From positions 154,754,001 to 154,818,000 of the forward strand of contig NC_058368.1 in the NCBI RefSeq assembly GCF_018350175.1: a DNA stretch of 64,000 nucleotides. The letters are read 5' to 3'. Positions 24,812-37,252 of the stretch are shown piece after piece; positions within the stretch are counted from its first letter, which is position 1, and every line of letters begins with the position of its first letter. The stretch is from Felis catus. Taxonomy: Eukaryota. A program made the position numbers and the translations under genes. Below the pieces are notes generated by a model. The model was given only the letters and a program-made list of their open reading frames with translations, made no database searches and was not told the DNA's origin.

Positions 24812-25972
24812 ATAAATAAAATCATGTAATATATGACCTTTCATTCTGGCTTCCTTCACTTAGCATAATGTGTTTGAGATTCATGCACAACTTAAAAATG
24901 TGGCACTATTTTTTTTACTGCTTAATAGTATTCCAGTATGTAGATATACCATATTTTGTCTAACTGTTTACCAGTTAATGGACATTTAGGTCATTTCTAC
25001 TTTGGGGCCATTAATGTTTTTGCCAACACATTAATAGCAATTATCTCAGGGTATTGGGATTACCTGTGGTTTTCACTTTCTTTCATATACATTTGTGTGT
25101 GTGCTTATGCATTCTTAATAATTGGGGTAGGGCTAATTAAGGTAAAAGCACTGTTTTTAATCAGGCTCGGTGTTAAACAGCAGATTTGTTGAACATATTT
25201 TGAATATATTTCAGTTGAATATATTTTGCATGGCAATTATTTTCTGCCTCCCTACCCCTTTATGCTAATTTTATATAGAAGGTTAAAGAACCAAAAATTT
25301 GGAAATTTCCCAAACTCCTCTCAAAAGTAAGCACATATAATAGCTATTTTGTCTCTTGAAGAAGGTTGACCCAAATCCCATTTATTTTCTACCTGGCTAT
25401 TGCTTTAATTTTTTATCACAATTATGTTATTAAACTGTATTTTAGGAGAATAAGTTGAATGCATATACACACATATACATAAATATACTAATAATGATTT
25501 ATAGACTACATCACACATAACACAACATACCGTATAGAAATACATAACCATAGAAATGTGAATAAAGAATTTTTTTTAACATCTGTGGCAATTTGAAGTG
25601 ATAACAACGATTCAGTTTTATTTGAATGGTTTTGATGTATTACAGTGCTTGTTTGCTTTAGATCAGTTACACTTCTTGTCTCCAAACATCAATCCATCAC
25701 GTACTTACTGCCTCTCTCCTATGCTGGGAACTTATTGTGTGATTACAAATCACACAGTTCTTGCTCTCAAGGAACTTTAAAGAGCCAAACTTATGAAAAT
25801 CTACCTTTTGAAAACATGAATTAAGGTTAAACAAAATAAGGAATAGCATAGTTTAATTAGGGGGCACATGTTTTATGTTGTGCTTTCAAATTCACCACAA
25901 AAACCTAATTTATACAGAATCTATAGGTGAATCAATAAATCCCCACCAAAAGTAAATTGATCCTTTGTGTAG

Positions 25973-26008
25973 CATCATCACCACCACCACCACCACCACC
26001 ACCACCAC
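25973..26008. repeat. (CAT)2(CAC)n trinucleotide microsatellite
   Basis: catcatcaccaccaccac..., about 10 CAC units. Confidence 0.95.
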
Positions 26009-26220
26009 GATATCTTTTTAAACTTTGAGAATCTGTATATTCAAAGTTTAGGTTTACTCTTTTTCTTTTGTTTTGTGTTTTAAGACCTGACTTAATCATG
26101 CAACACTGAATTGGGACATCACTCAACTCCTGAAGTCTTGATTAATAAATTGCTCTTTATAAATGAGGGCAATTATACTAATCCCACTAGGCTTTTAATG
26201 CAAAAGCAGCAAATGCAAGT

Positions 26221-26540
26221 AGAAGACGGGGATTCCCCTTCTCTGGCAGCTGACGGGCCAGCGACATTTCATTTTGGGAGTGTGAACTGCAACGTGGGCT
26301 AATGGGTCATGTTCACTGATGACAAGGAAGATCTTGGCCGGGGGAATCCAATGCTGAAACTGGAAAACTGTGAACCACGGCCGTATTGTTGTGAGCCTGA
26401 GAAGGTGCGGTTGTTTCAAAATAGGCAATGTGGACCTCGATCAAAGTCCACCCTTCAGTAGATAGACGTTTATGCTAAACATGTGGTTTTCAAACCAATA
26501 CCCGGCAGGATCAGGTTCGGAAGGAAACCTGTGGCATACG
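26221..26540. promoter_or_regulatory. Candidate enhancer (NF-kB/RUNX motif cluster, locally CpG-retaining)
   Basis: GGGGATTCCCC at 26228-26238, TGCGGTT at 26406, TGTGGTT at 26482 and 13 CpGs in 320 bp. Motif evidence only. Confidence 0.3.
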
Positions 26541-26559
26541 TAGGCCAGTCTTCTAAAAC

Positions 26560-26680
26560 TGCAGTGACACTAACTCACTTCATTGGGTGGGGATGGCTAT
26601 TAAATGAGATAATTTATAAAGCTTTTAGCATGGTTCCTGTTAACATAACAAGTGCTCAATAAATGTTACCAATTTGTGGT
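26560..26680 (+). mobile_element. MIR 3' fragment
   Basis: 'attaaatgagataatttataaagcttttagcatggttcctg...aagtgctcaataaatgtta'. Confidence 0.75.
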
Positions 26681-27156
26681 CATAAAGTACATAGAAGAGG
26701 CACTGTTCTACTTTGACAGGAATTATTCTCCATAAATCAAACCATTCTACACCGAGGTAGTATGGAAGCAGTTAGCCAGGTGGCCTTTGGACAAAGTATT
26801 GACTGGGGTCTAGGTATTCTTTTACTCTCTTTAGGAACAGTGCTGTCACACCTGAAGTGGTCTCACACATCTAGATCAATAGATTAGTGAGTGAAAAATG
26901 CTATTTTCTGTCACAACGTAATAGCAAAATAATGAATATAAATTTTTAGGTAATTGTAATATCCTTTTAAATTAAGATGTAGGAAATCAATTTCAAAAAA
27001 ATACTTAAATACAATTCCTTCTTTATGTATTTATTTCTGCTTCATACAGAAGTTTCGTTTTACTATGTATTAGGTGACTCTTTCTTGAAAACAAAATCAA
27101 TAAGACCTGTCCTACTTTCGGCTAATTGCATTACTTTTTTTAAAAAGTGTTTCTTT

Positions 27157-27367
27157 GGGGGCACCTGGGTGGCTCAGTCTGTTAAGTGTTTGACTTCAGC
27201 TCAGGTCATGATCTCACAGTTCATGAGTTCAGGCCCCATGTCGGGCTCTGTGCCGACAGCTCAAAGCCTGGAGCCTGCTTCGGACTCTGTGTCTCCCTCT
27301 CTCTCTCTGCATCTCCCCGACTTGCTCTCTTTCTCTCAAACATAAATAAACATTAAAAAATATTTAA
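27157..27367 (+). mobile_element. Can-SINE
   Basis: GGGGGCACCTGGGTGGCTCAG head, CT tract and ataaataaacattaaaaaa tail. Confidence 0.94.
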
Positions 27368-27369
27368 AT

Positions 27370-27775
27370 TTTTTTTCTTTTAAAATAATTTAAACCCATT
27401 TGAAGGTACAGAGAAGCCCTGGGTAACCATCACCCAGCTTTCCTCAATGGCGACATCTTAGATAACTACGTTGCCTTATCAAAACCGAAAACTGACTGGC
27501 ACAATTCAGTTACCTGGTTTGTTGATCTTACTCAGATTTTGCTAATTTTTAAATTCACTCACTTTTGTATGTCTTTATAAATAATTCTATGACAAGTTGC
27601 CACACATAGATGACAGATTAGAGAGAAAGAGAGAGAGATCTTAAAGCCACCCCACAATTGTTTCATTATGACGAAGAAACTCCTCGTGCTGTCCTTTTAT
27701 CATCCCACACTTCCTGCCTTCTCTAACCCCTGGCAACCAAGTTTCTGTTCTACATTTCTTTGATTTTGACTCTTT
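27370..27775 (-). mobile_element. Old LINE-1 3'UTR fragment
   Basis: 'catcacccagctttcctcaatggcgacatctta...tatcaaaaccgaaaactgac' and 'ctaacccctggcaacca'. Confidence 0.65.
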
Positions 27776-28869
27776 TTTTAAAGAAAAAAAAATTTCAATT
27801 TAAGACACAGCCTCGCAAAGATTTAATAATAATTCTTATCTATGGTTTTTTTTTAATGCATGCAAAGCAGAGGGATTATAGATGGGTGTTTTGGAAATGG
27901 GTCACATAGATAACGAGAATTCATAACATTAAATTTTAAGTTCTGGCAAGAATTCACAGGAATATAACTTTGGTTTATTAAGTAGCCAAATATGGATTGT
28001 CACTGATTATTTGGCTTTCAGGGGTATAAGTTCATTTTTATGGGCCATCATCTCATACCTGTTACTGTCTTAGATGTTGGGAAGAGAAAACTTAAGGCAA
28101 TAGTTTCCATTTTTGAATAGGGAAAAAGAAACTACTTTGAAAAACAAATGGAAATCTTGTTGGACTTAGGTGAAATCTTTTATTTTTTTCAATTACAAAT
28201 TTCTAGTAAGCCTATACGGCTAGAGTTTGAAACTATTGGGTGAGGCAATGTTTACTCTTTTAATAAACATGTATCTGAAATCAAAGAATGAAATGTCTTT
28301 CTTAAAGGTAGTAAATAAATCTTTAAATGACAGTTTTTAACGGTCTTAAGGCTATATCCCTGCATACTTATTAAATTAACATTCTCAAGGTTTTTCTTTC
28401 TCCTTCCCCAAAATGACAAGTTATTCATTTGGCTTGTATACTACATCTCTCTACCACCTAGATTCAACCATCAAGTACAAGTCATTTACGGTTTTGAACA
28501 GAAATGACATAAAATTGGCTTATTTTTCACAGCAAGAGTTGTAGGTAAGTTTGAAGGAACTGAAGCATGAAAGCACAGGACCTAAAAGCAGAACGAGCTG
28601 TATGCAAATCTGGAGCAGTCCCTGCTAAATAGGACTAAATCCATGTGTACAAATGTACTTAGCTCTTGGGGTCAAGAACCTCAAAACCCCCTATCTTATC
28701 TCATCATTAATATTTACAAGGCTATGTGAGCTTTAGAATTTTAGCATTCAAATATCTGAAAGTTTGCTTGGAATAGAAAGTCTTTCTTTTCTTTGTGGGA
28801 ACATCTTCATTGAAAAAATAGTAGGCAATTTTCTATCCAACAATATTCAGTCCCACCACATATATTTTT

Positions 28870-29400
28870 AAATTTTTATTTCTTTATAATCTTACCTTTT
28901 CCCACAGAGAGCTTGAAGCAGATTCTAAGAAAAGACATTTAATGAAAAGTAAAAGAGAAATGGAACATCAGAACCAAGGAAAAGATTATGAAGATTTGTT
29001 GGTGATAAGGGTCAGCACGACTAACAAGATTATGCATGCTTAAAATTTGGATCTGAAGTTTCCAGCAGTGAAATCAAAATGAGAAACATAGTTATGTGCC
29101 CTCATTAAAAAGGGGGAAAAACTTTAAATTTCTCAGGTAGAAGCAAGATTCGTTCTTGAGGCTTCTATGTGGAACACTATTCCCTCAAAAAAATGTATGG
29201 GAAACATAAACATAAATTTTATTTTGAACTTTCTTAAATGTCTTTTAACAAATATGATGACATTATAATAAAATACACACTTGTTAATATAGTTTCAGGG
29301 AAGATATCAAACATTCTCCAAAATAAGTTTCTAGCCAGTGCTGGAATCAGTGGGGCTGCAGATAGAAGGATCTTCCTCAAGGTGAGACAATGACAGAGCA
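28870..29400 (-). mobile_element. Ancient L4 (RTE-X)-like LINE relic
   Basis: 'gagcttgaagcagatt' and 'taaaatttggatctgaagtttccagcag...aaatgagaaac' resemble the recalled L4 3' end. Very decayed. Confidence 0.45.
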
Positions 29401-29505
29401 CCCCATATTTAATCTCCCTGATCTGAAGTAATTTCTCCTAATTATGTACTCATCTGGTGGTCTAAAGTAATCAAGATTTTGAGTTAAAAGTATTTTAAGG
29501 AATGA

Positions 29506-29739
29506 GGGGCACCTGGGTGGCTCAGTTGCTAAAGCCTCTGACTTTGGCTCAGGTCATGATCTCGTGGTTCATGGGTTCAAGCTCCACATCGGGGTCTGTG
29601 ATGACAGCTCAGAGCCTGGAGCCTGCCTCAGATTCTGTGTCTGCCTTTCTCACTGCCCCTCCCCCACTTGCGCTTTTTTTTTCCTCTCTCTCTCTCTCTC
29701 TTTCTCTCTCAAAAATAAATACACATTAAAAAAAAAATG
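29506..29739 (+). mobile_element. Can-SINE
   Basis: 18-bp perfect TSD aagtattttaaggaatga at 29488-29505 and 29740-29757. Confidence 0.96.
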
Positions 29740-31049
29740 AAGTATTTTAAGGAATGATTCAATGCTTCCCTGAACCTGACTTTTGAAAAGAGCTCAGACT
29801 GCCATAATTTTTCTGTTTAGCTTCAAAGCATATACATCTTAAAACAGGTACCAAAACTTTCTGCTGTTGAGTCATAATGAACTTAATTAATGTTCTAACT
29901 AGATTAGAAGAACTCTGACTACCATGCAAAGAAGAGGCATGTATAAGCAAAAGCAGAAGTTTCTTCCCAATTGGGAGCCCAAAATATCACAATTTTTATA
30001 TGTTGAAGTTAACTATTTCAGGGTGACAGTTCACCATTGCAGGAAGATAACATGGAATACCACACAACGTAACTACAAAGTACCTAATCTGGAGTCCAGT
30101 GAGTTTTCTTTTTTCATTTTAACTCACAACTTATTTTATTAGTTTATGATGGACTTAAAATTCATACATTTATTCTTGGACGACTTTCTCTTTCCCAACT
30201 CTTGTGTTTCCAATGTTAATTGTATCGATAGTTCGGGATTTACATTCTTTTCATGTTGTAGATGTCTGAGACAGAAAAGCACTAATTAATTCATGTCTAG
30301 GAAGAAGAATGCATTTATTTATGTCTAAATGAAAAACAAAAGAGCAACTCTTTCACAAATAAATTCATCACATGGTGACAATACAAGATGTTCTTGCTTG
30401 ATTTAGATACTAGGTCTTGAAAGAAGGTATCGAATAATAAGTGGCTCAAGTTATGTATGAATATTGAAAACAAAACTTCCTTAAATCTGCTATTGACAGG
30501 AAGGTGACTTCTCTAAATTTCACTGGGAAGATTCCCTCTTGTTGAATGTCAATGAAGCTTCTGTTTGTGTGCTCTTGCAAGCAAATAAAGGAAGCCTGAT
30601 CTTTTCTACATCCAGGCCAGGTAAAGGACTCAGAAGACCTGTGAAAAAGAGCTATCTGTCTATGAAAGGGGAAAAAAATGGATGAAACTATCTTATTTTA
30701 TCAATAACTTCAGTTAAACAAATGCTAAAAACTACTCGTCTTGCCTATTCAGACGAGTTACTGGACGAATGAGCACCCAAAGATTTTTTTTTAAATAAAT
30801 GAATAAAATGGCTATTATCAGCATAAATTCAGCTTAAAAAAACTCTAACCTTGAGCAAACACTACGTCTCTCTCATTAAGCCTTATTTCTTCTCTTCCTT
30901 TACTTTTGCTTTCCTCCACAAGCTTGATTTTTCTCAGTACCCTTTCTCTCTCCTTGGTTCACCTAGGAAGTAAAAGTAGTGATTGAGATATGCCATCCAC
31001 AAATAAAATGACCTGACAATTTTTTCTTGAAATCCCATAAATACGGTTT

Positions 31050-31230
31050 CAAGCCACTGTTCTACCACAAACTTTCAATTACTTTGAACAAGTTACTTTA
31101 CCTCTTGGGCCCCAATTTCCTTGTCTGAAAAAGGAGATTAACATCTTAGGGCAGGATCTTGGGAAGAATCAGGTAACATGATCAAACTGCCTCATGCCTA
31201 GTAGGTGCTGAATAAATAGTATTACAATCA
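31050..31230 (+). mobile_element. MIR relic
   Basis: 'actttgaacaagttactttacctcttgggccccaatttccttgtctgaaaa' and 'tagtaggtgctgaataaat'. Confidence 0.7.
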
Positions 31231-33038
31231 CCTTTATTTTTCAATTAATGCACTTCCTACTGGTGATTAATGAGTGAACAGTGCCTAAATGAAGTTGCCC
31301 TCCCAGTGACAAAGAACTTAACTCCTAAGGTTAAGTTTCAGTACATCTCTCTTCTCCTCATAGAATTCATAAGGGGATTCTGAAAGCCTATTCAAGAGCT
31401 TAGTTCTTATCACGTAAACTCTTTTCCAGAAACAATTTTATACTGTAAGATTGAAGTAGCAGCGAGATGTGTTTGAGGGCAGGGGGCAGGAACAATAGAG
31501 AGGCACAAGGAATGTGAAAGACAATTTAGTGCTTCCTCCTAGCCTGCATTTCATCTTACCCTTTGCTGTCTATAGACTATTCATCAGCATTACCATGCAC
31601 TGAAATCTCCTTTGAAATTTTAATCAATTTAACATTGGTGTATCTATAGATTAGATGAAATAACTTTTGCTGTCTCTTCAAGCACCTTTGTCATATGAAT
31701 GGCTTACAGCTCTCATATTTCTCAATATGAATTTCTAGATATCCTTCTATTTCAATCTTGTTTTCAAAGGACAAGGTGGAAGATGACAATGGTAATGAAG
31801 ATTAACTGAAAGACTAATTATTTAGTCACTGGTGGGGGGATGAGGCATACAGCTAAATCTTTCTGTCACGAATATTCATAACTAGTTCAGTTTCAATGCC
31901 AGATTTATGAGAGCAAATGATCCATCTCTATCACGCACCGGATGCTTTATTTAAGGTAGGTCCAGATGAATCTTAATTTTTCATGCAAAGCTATTCCCTG
32001 TGTATCAGTCCTAAAACATTGCTCTCTTTCTACTTCCCTCCGTGTCACGTCCTACTTATACTTAACCACAGACATGTAGATTGTCTTAAATGATTATTAT
32101 ATATCAGGAATCTCTGTATTTTTTCAACATGCACAGAACAGTCGTTTTTTCCTCCTTTTAATCTGACAACAGCTCATATGATTGGTGACAAGTTTGTGTG
32201 CCGTAAAGCCAACAAGAATAGATTGCTAATTAGTAGATTTAATTGCATAAAGAAGGTACATTATTTTAGTCCTACTAACATTTTGATACTAGGAGTATTT
32301 CAACTGTAGCATATACCTAGTATTAAATTAGTACATGATTTAAATGCTGAGTTGGCCATAGTAAGTTAATGTCACAACTAATGTAAAGAAGCCTTAATTG
32401 TAAACATGTCCTTTGTCAAGTGTGTATAATTATATACTATGCCCAATTAAAATGATGAACACATCAATTGAGAAGAGTTTTTCTTCCTATGGTTAGATAA
32501 GAGTTTTTTTCCCCATCTCAGCTAATAAAAACAATAAATGAAAATGATTCAAGGAAATAGCTAGGTTATATGTAAATAAAAATGAAAACTTAAAAGCTTA
32601 ATATTTGAAGGAAATTATCTGTTGCTTGACTGTGCATTCTAGACCAGCATATTCTCTAAAGCCATGAACTTTCCAGTTATTACAGATAGGAAGGTCAGTA
32701 TTTTGACCTTTCCCTTCAGTTGATTTTGAAGCATTGCTGTAACGATAAAATGGAATATCTGACAATTCTAACAAGTATTTTTTTCAGGTAATTTGTTCTT
32801 AAGTAAAGGAGAAAGATCTCTAACCTGATATTTAATTAGGGCTCATCAAACACAATACAAAGTTTAACTTAACGCTTGGTTTTTCCTTGGCCACGTGCCA
32901 TTTAAGTTTGGGATACTGGTCTAACTACTAAAAGTTGCTGACAATATGTTTATCAACTGTAATGACGAGCAAAATAATTCACGGTTTTGCTTAGTGTATA
33001 AATCTCCCTAGGCCAAAGAAAGTATTACTACTGTGTAT

Positions 33039-33220
33039 GGGACACCTGGGTGGCTGAGTGGGTTAATCATCCAACTCTTAGTTTCAGCTGAGGTCATGAT
33101 CTCAAGATTCATGAGTTCAAGCCCCGTGTCACCAGCATGGAGCCTACTTGGGATTCTCCCTCTGTGCCCCTCCCCCCACGTCATCTCTCCGTCTCTCTCT
33201 CAAAATACATAACATTAAAA
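33039..33220 (+). mobile_element. Can-SINE (older, internally deleted); first of a tandem triplet
   Basis: Head 'gggacacctgggtggctgag' and 'gagcctacttgggattctc' typical of an older subfamily. Confidence 0.92.
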
Positions 33221-33234
33221 ACAAAAGTATTGTT

Positions 33235-33453
33235 GGGGCGCCTGGGTGGCGCAGTCGGTTAAGTGTCCGACTTCAGCCAGGTCACGATCTCGCGGTCCGT
33301 GAGTTCGAGCCCCGCGTCGGGCTCTGGGCTGATGGCTCAGAGCCTGGAGCCTGTTTCTGATTCTGTGTCTCCCTCTCTCTCTGCCCCTCACCTGTTCATG
33401 CTCTGTCTCTCTCTGTCCCAAAAATAAATAAACGTTGAAAAAAAAAAACAAAA
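33235..33453 (+). mobile_element. Young feline Can-SINE; middle of the triplet
   Basis: CpG-intact. TSD aaaaacaaaagtattg(t/c)t at 33217-33234 and 33454-33471. Confidence 0.97.
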
Positions 33454-33472
33454 AAAAACAAAAGTATTGCTA

Positions 33473-33700
33473 GGACGTCTGGGTGGCTCAGTTGGTTAAG
33501 TGTCCAACTTCAAAAGTCCAACTTCAGCTCAGGTCATGATCTCACGGCTCATGAGTTCGAGAGCCTTGTCAGGCTCTGTACTGATAGCTCAGAGCCTGGA
33601 GCCTGCTTCAGATTCTGTGTCTCCCTGTCTCTCTGCCCCTCCCCTACTCACACTCTGTCTCTCTCTCTCCTCAAAAATAAACATTAAAAAAAATGTTAAA
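33473..33700 (+). mobile_element. Can-SINE; third of the triplet
   Basis: Head 'ggacgtctgggtggctcag', with an internal duplication of gtccaacttca. Confidence 0.94.
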
Positions 33701-34384
33701 AAAAGTATTACTATGTATGGATTGTAGTCTGCTAAAACACCAGGAGTCTCTGTAAAACTGTTACTCCAATTCACTGTGACATGCCCATTGTTGAGCAAGT
33801 TGATGCCCACAAAAAATATTTGAAATAAGACAAGACTTTTATTATGGGATACCTCTTCTTTCACCATTTACCCAATACTTTCAAGTTTCTTTATGATCTC
33901 TGACTGTTCCCAATGAATTAACTCTCCTTCATAACTCTAACAGCCTCTCCGGGTCTCCCCCCCACTTCTGGACATGGCATTGCTTTCCTCCTCCTGGGCT
34001 TGTGGCCAATATGTACATTGATAATTGACCACAATGCTTTTTCCTACTGAGCCTCCACATGGCTTAAGAATTTTTCTCAAACTTGCACTCCAATATGACA
34101 TCACTATTAAATAGGAATCAGCATTGACAGATGAAATTTTTAGTTTCCCTTTCCCTACACCAAGTAGTAGTGGAAACATCAGACAGGTGGAGGGGATTCA
34201 GAGTATGCATTCATTGCGTTTTAATATCTCTCAAAGAGGTTGGTTGGTTTCAAATAAAGCTCACCTGAATACATGCTGTTCAAACATTCCAAATCTTTTA
34301 TGGATTATTGGGGGAGAGGGACAGGGAGGCAGGAAGGAAGAAAGGAATTAAGAAGTTTTTGGAAAGAGTGTGCTTTGGGGTTTT

Positions 34385-34867
34385 ATGTCAGTTTCCTTCA
34401 GTTGCTGTAACAAATTAACAAAATTTTGTGACTTAAAACAATGCAAAATATTTTCTTCCAGGTCTGGAGGTCGGAAGTCTGAAATGGCTTTTATGGGAGT
34501 AAAATCAAACTGTTGACATGATTGTGTTCCTTATGGAGGCTCTAGGGGATACTGTGTTTCCTTGTCTTTTCTAGTTTCTAGAGACTGTTTGTATTCCTTG
34601 GCTCATAGTTCTTTTCCTTCATCTTCAAAGCCAGCAAGGGTTGGTTGAGTTTTCATATCCAATCACTCTAGTCTCCTGCCTCCCTTTTTTACTTATAAGG
34701 ACCCTTATGGTTACATTGGCCTCATGAGGATAATCCAGGATAATCTGCCCAAGATCCTTAACTTAATCACATCTACAAAGTCCCTTTTTACCACAAGATA
34801 ATATATTCACAAGTTCTGGTAATCAGGATAAGGACATCTTTGGGGAGCCATTATCCTTCCTACCATA
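34385..34867 (-). mobile_element. MaLR solo LTR (MLT1C/D-like)
   Basis: 'gttgctgtaacaaatta...gacttaaaacaa', 'tctggaggtcggaagtctgaaat', 'ataatccaggataatct' and 'ggacatctttggggagccattat'. Confidence 0.9.
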
Positions 34868-35019
34868 GTCTACATCTACACAGCAACAACAAAGGAAATA
34901 AATCAGGGCAAAGAGATTTAAATACCTGTGGTAGAGGAACTGTACTTCCTTAACTACCTCTGCCTCTGGTCATTTTTCTAGCAATGTTCTATATGGTAGT
35001 TGAGAGCAGAAAGGAGGGT

Positions 35020-35230
35020 AAATCATGTGTGGATTGAACTAAATCTTGTCTATTAATTTACTAATCAATGTGTCCCTAAGAGGCAAGTCACTTAAATCCC
35101 TGAGCCTCACTGTTTACACCTGGAAAGAGGATGATAAACATAGGCTGTCTCAAGGGATTCTTTAGAAGATTATACGCTATAGTCCATGCAAAGTGCTCAG
35201 TAAAATCCTTGAAATACAGTAATTGTTGCT
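35020..35230 (+). mobile_element. MIR relic
   Basis: 'ggcaagtcacttaaatccctgagcctcactgttt' core. Confidence 0.7.
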
Positions 35231-37035
35231 TCATCTTTCTTGGAGCTGTCCCTTAACATACACCATATCTCACAAACTACTGTTAAATCAATGTTGTATG
35301 AATGATCTTGCCAATGATATCACTATTGGATTTATTTAATGATGCAGTTTCCTTTGACTCTTCATTATATAGCATAGGAAGTAGCTGAGAATTGCTAAAC
35401 TTCAGCACTTCAGTCATCACTGAAAGCTCCACACGATGAAAAGAACTGCATATTTCACTCCACTCTAGTCACTGCCTATCTGGTAAACTAAACAGGAGGT
35501 CAGAGGTACTCTTAGATAAACCTGACCATTCTTAATGGAGTTAAACTTTACGTTTTTAAGATGTGATTAAACATTGGTAACTGAGATGCAGTCTTCATAT
35601 TATTACTTGAGACCTTATGAAAGCTTTTTTTCATTATAGGTGGCATTAGCCAGTCAATATTCATTTAGCTAGCTAAAGCTTTTAGAGTTCATGCTTCAGT
35701 TTCTTTCAAGATGACATTTTTTATATGACATCCTGTTCCAGGAAGAAATTTTTGTTTTGACATGTACAATTAATATTTAAAAACTGGATGGAATAAAATT
35801 AGCACCTCGATGGCACCAAGGCAAAGTAAATCAAGGGAGGGGAAAAGGAACATCTTGCTTGTCCCTAGACAAGCTAGAGATTAGCTCTAGTCTAGTGACT
35901 TTTCAAATTGAAAAAAATTTCTAACTTTCTTCATCTAAGCCTTAATGTATGCAATTGCATTAAAGCATTTTAGAACAGATAACCAGATCTAATTTTACTT
36001 CATGCTTTACTCTCAAACCTTAAATGCCAGCTCAAGGAACCAAAAAGGGCATGGTCTTGGAGGGCAGTAAGGGCAGTATATCAAACAATTATACAGAACT
36101 ACTCTATGGGATAAAAATAATGGAGTTTCCAGAGCAGACCTGGATCCGATCCAAATACATCAATGTCTGTACATCCTGTTGTACTTCACTGTGTTTTATC
36201 TCTTTCAGCAAATCAAACCTACATTGTATTCTGATATTAAATGTTTGTTTCCTAGAGGTTATTTTAGGGTTCTCAGTTTTTGAAATGCTACCAGTAATTT
36301 GAATTAATTTCATTTCATTCAAAAAAAATCATCAAAAAATAATAAGAAATGTCTCAGAGACAAGAAGATATGTTGTGTTGTTTCAAGGTTTTCACACAGA
36401 GAAAAAAATACTCCATTTTTCATTCTGCAGTTAAAATGGAGGAAATTTCCTCAATATTTTCTAGACCTGGAAATTAAACTTAGAAGCTCTTTGTCCAAAT
36501 GATTTTAATGATAGTGTACCAACATGAAAAAAAAGGTGTTTAAAATATTTCTATATAATATTCACCTGATACAGGAGAAAAAAACCCACCTTGTTATTTT
36601 GAGTTGATACACTATCTGATAGACTTTTCAAGGATTTAAGTGGTAATGTTCCTGATAACTCTAGAGTGCCAATTGTTGAAAGCTCTTACCATCTAAAATA
36701 AAGATGTTAAATTCCAATCACTTAATATGAAACTGGATTCCCAGAAAGGAAATCTATCCAAATAACTCTCAAATTTATTGTATTTGACCCTAGTGAATCT
36801 GATTTTGTAAGACTAATGGAAATATAATTAAAATGGAAAACCTGACATGTATAAGCTACTAGAGAATACAAGTTAAATATAAGTAGGTTGAACTAAGATT
36901 ACTCATATTAGTAGAAAGAACATTAGTTACTAGAAATTTAAAAAGTTTTTTTTTCTCTAGAAAGGACTAAAATTAAGATGAAATTATTTGTGTAAATAAT
37001 TATATATTGTTAATAAATAAATTATACACACATTT

Positions 37036-37252
37036 TTAAAAATTTTTAATGTTTATTTATAATTGAGAGACACAGAGAGACAGAGCATGATCATGGGAGG
37101 CGCAGAGAGAAGGGGAGACACAGAATCTGAAGCAGGCTCCAGGTTCTGAGCTGTCAGCACAGAGCCTGATGCAGGGTTCAAACTCACAACCCGTGAAATC
37201 ATGACCTGAGCTGAAGTCAGACATTTAACAGACTGGGCCACCCAGGAGCCCC
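37036..37252 (-). mobile_element. Can-SINE
   Basis: Antisense SINE ending 'cacccaggagcccc'. Both flanks share tacacaca..ttttta. Confidence 0.94.

Larger units (their letters stand above)
24088..25015 (-). mobile_element. Old LINE-1 3'UTR fragment, split by two SINEs
   Basis: 'gaccactagtctaccttctgtct', 'aacatttcatataaat' and 'ctggcttccttcacttagcataatgtgtttgagattcat'. Confidence 0.75.

Noticed and set aside
25932..26126. Poly-glycine ORF
   Set aside because: It is the translation of the (CAC)n microsatellite.
28896..28924. Minus-strand 29-nt micro-exon candidate (ttttcttag|...aag|gtaaga)
   Set aside because: The splice signals look good, but it is not frame-preserving, lies in a probable L4 relic and has no partner exons.
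33019..33720. CRISPR-like repeat-spacer array (recurrent aaagtatt units)
   Set aside because: This is mammalian DNA. The 'spacers' are SINEs and the 'repeats' are target-site duplications.
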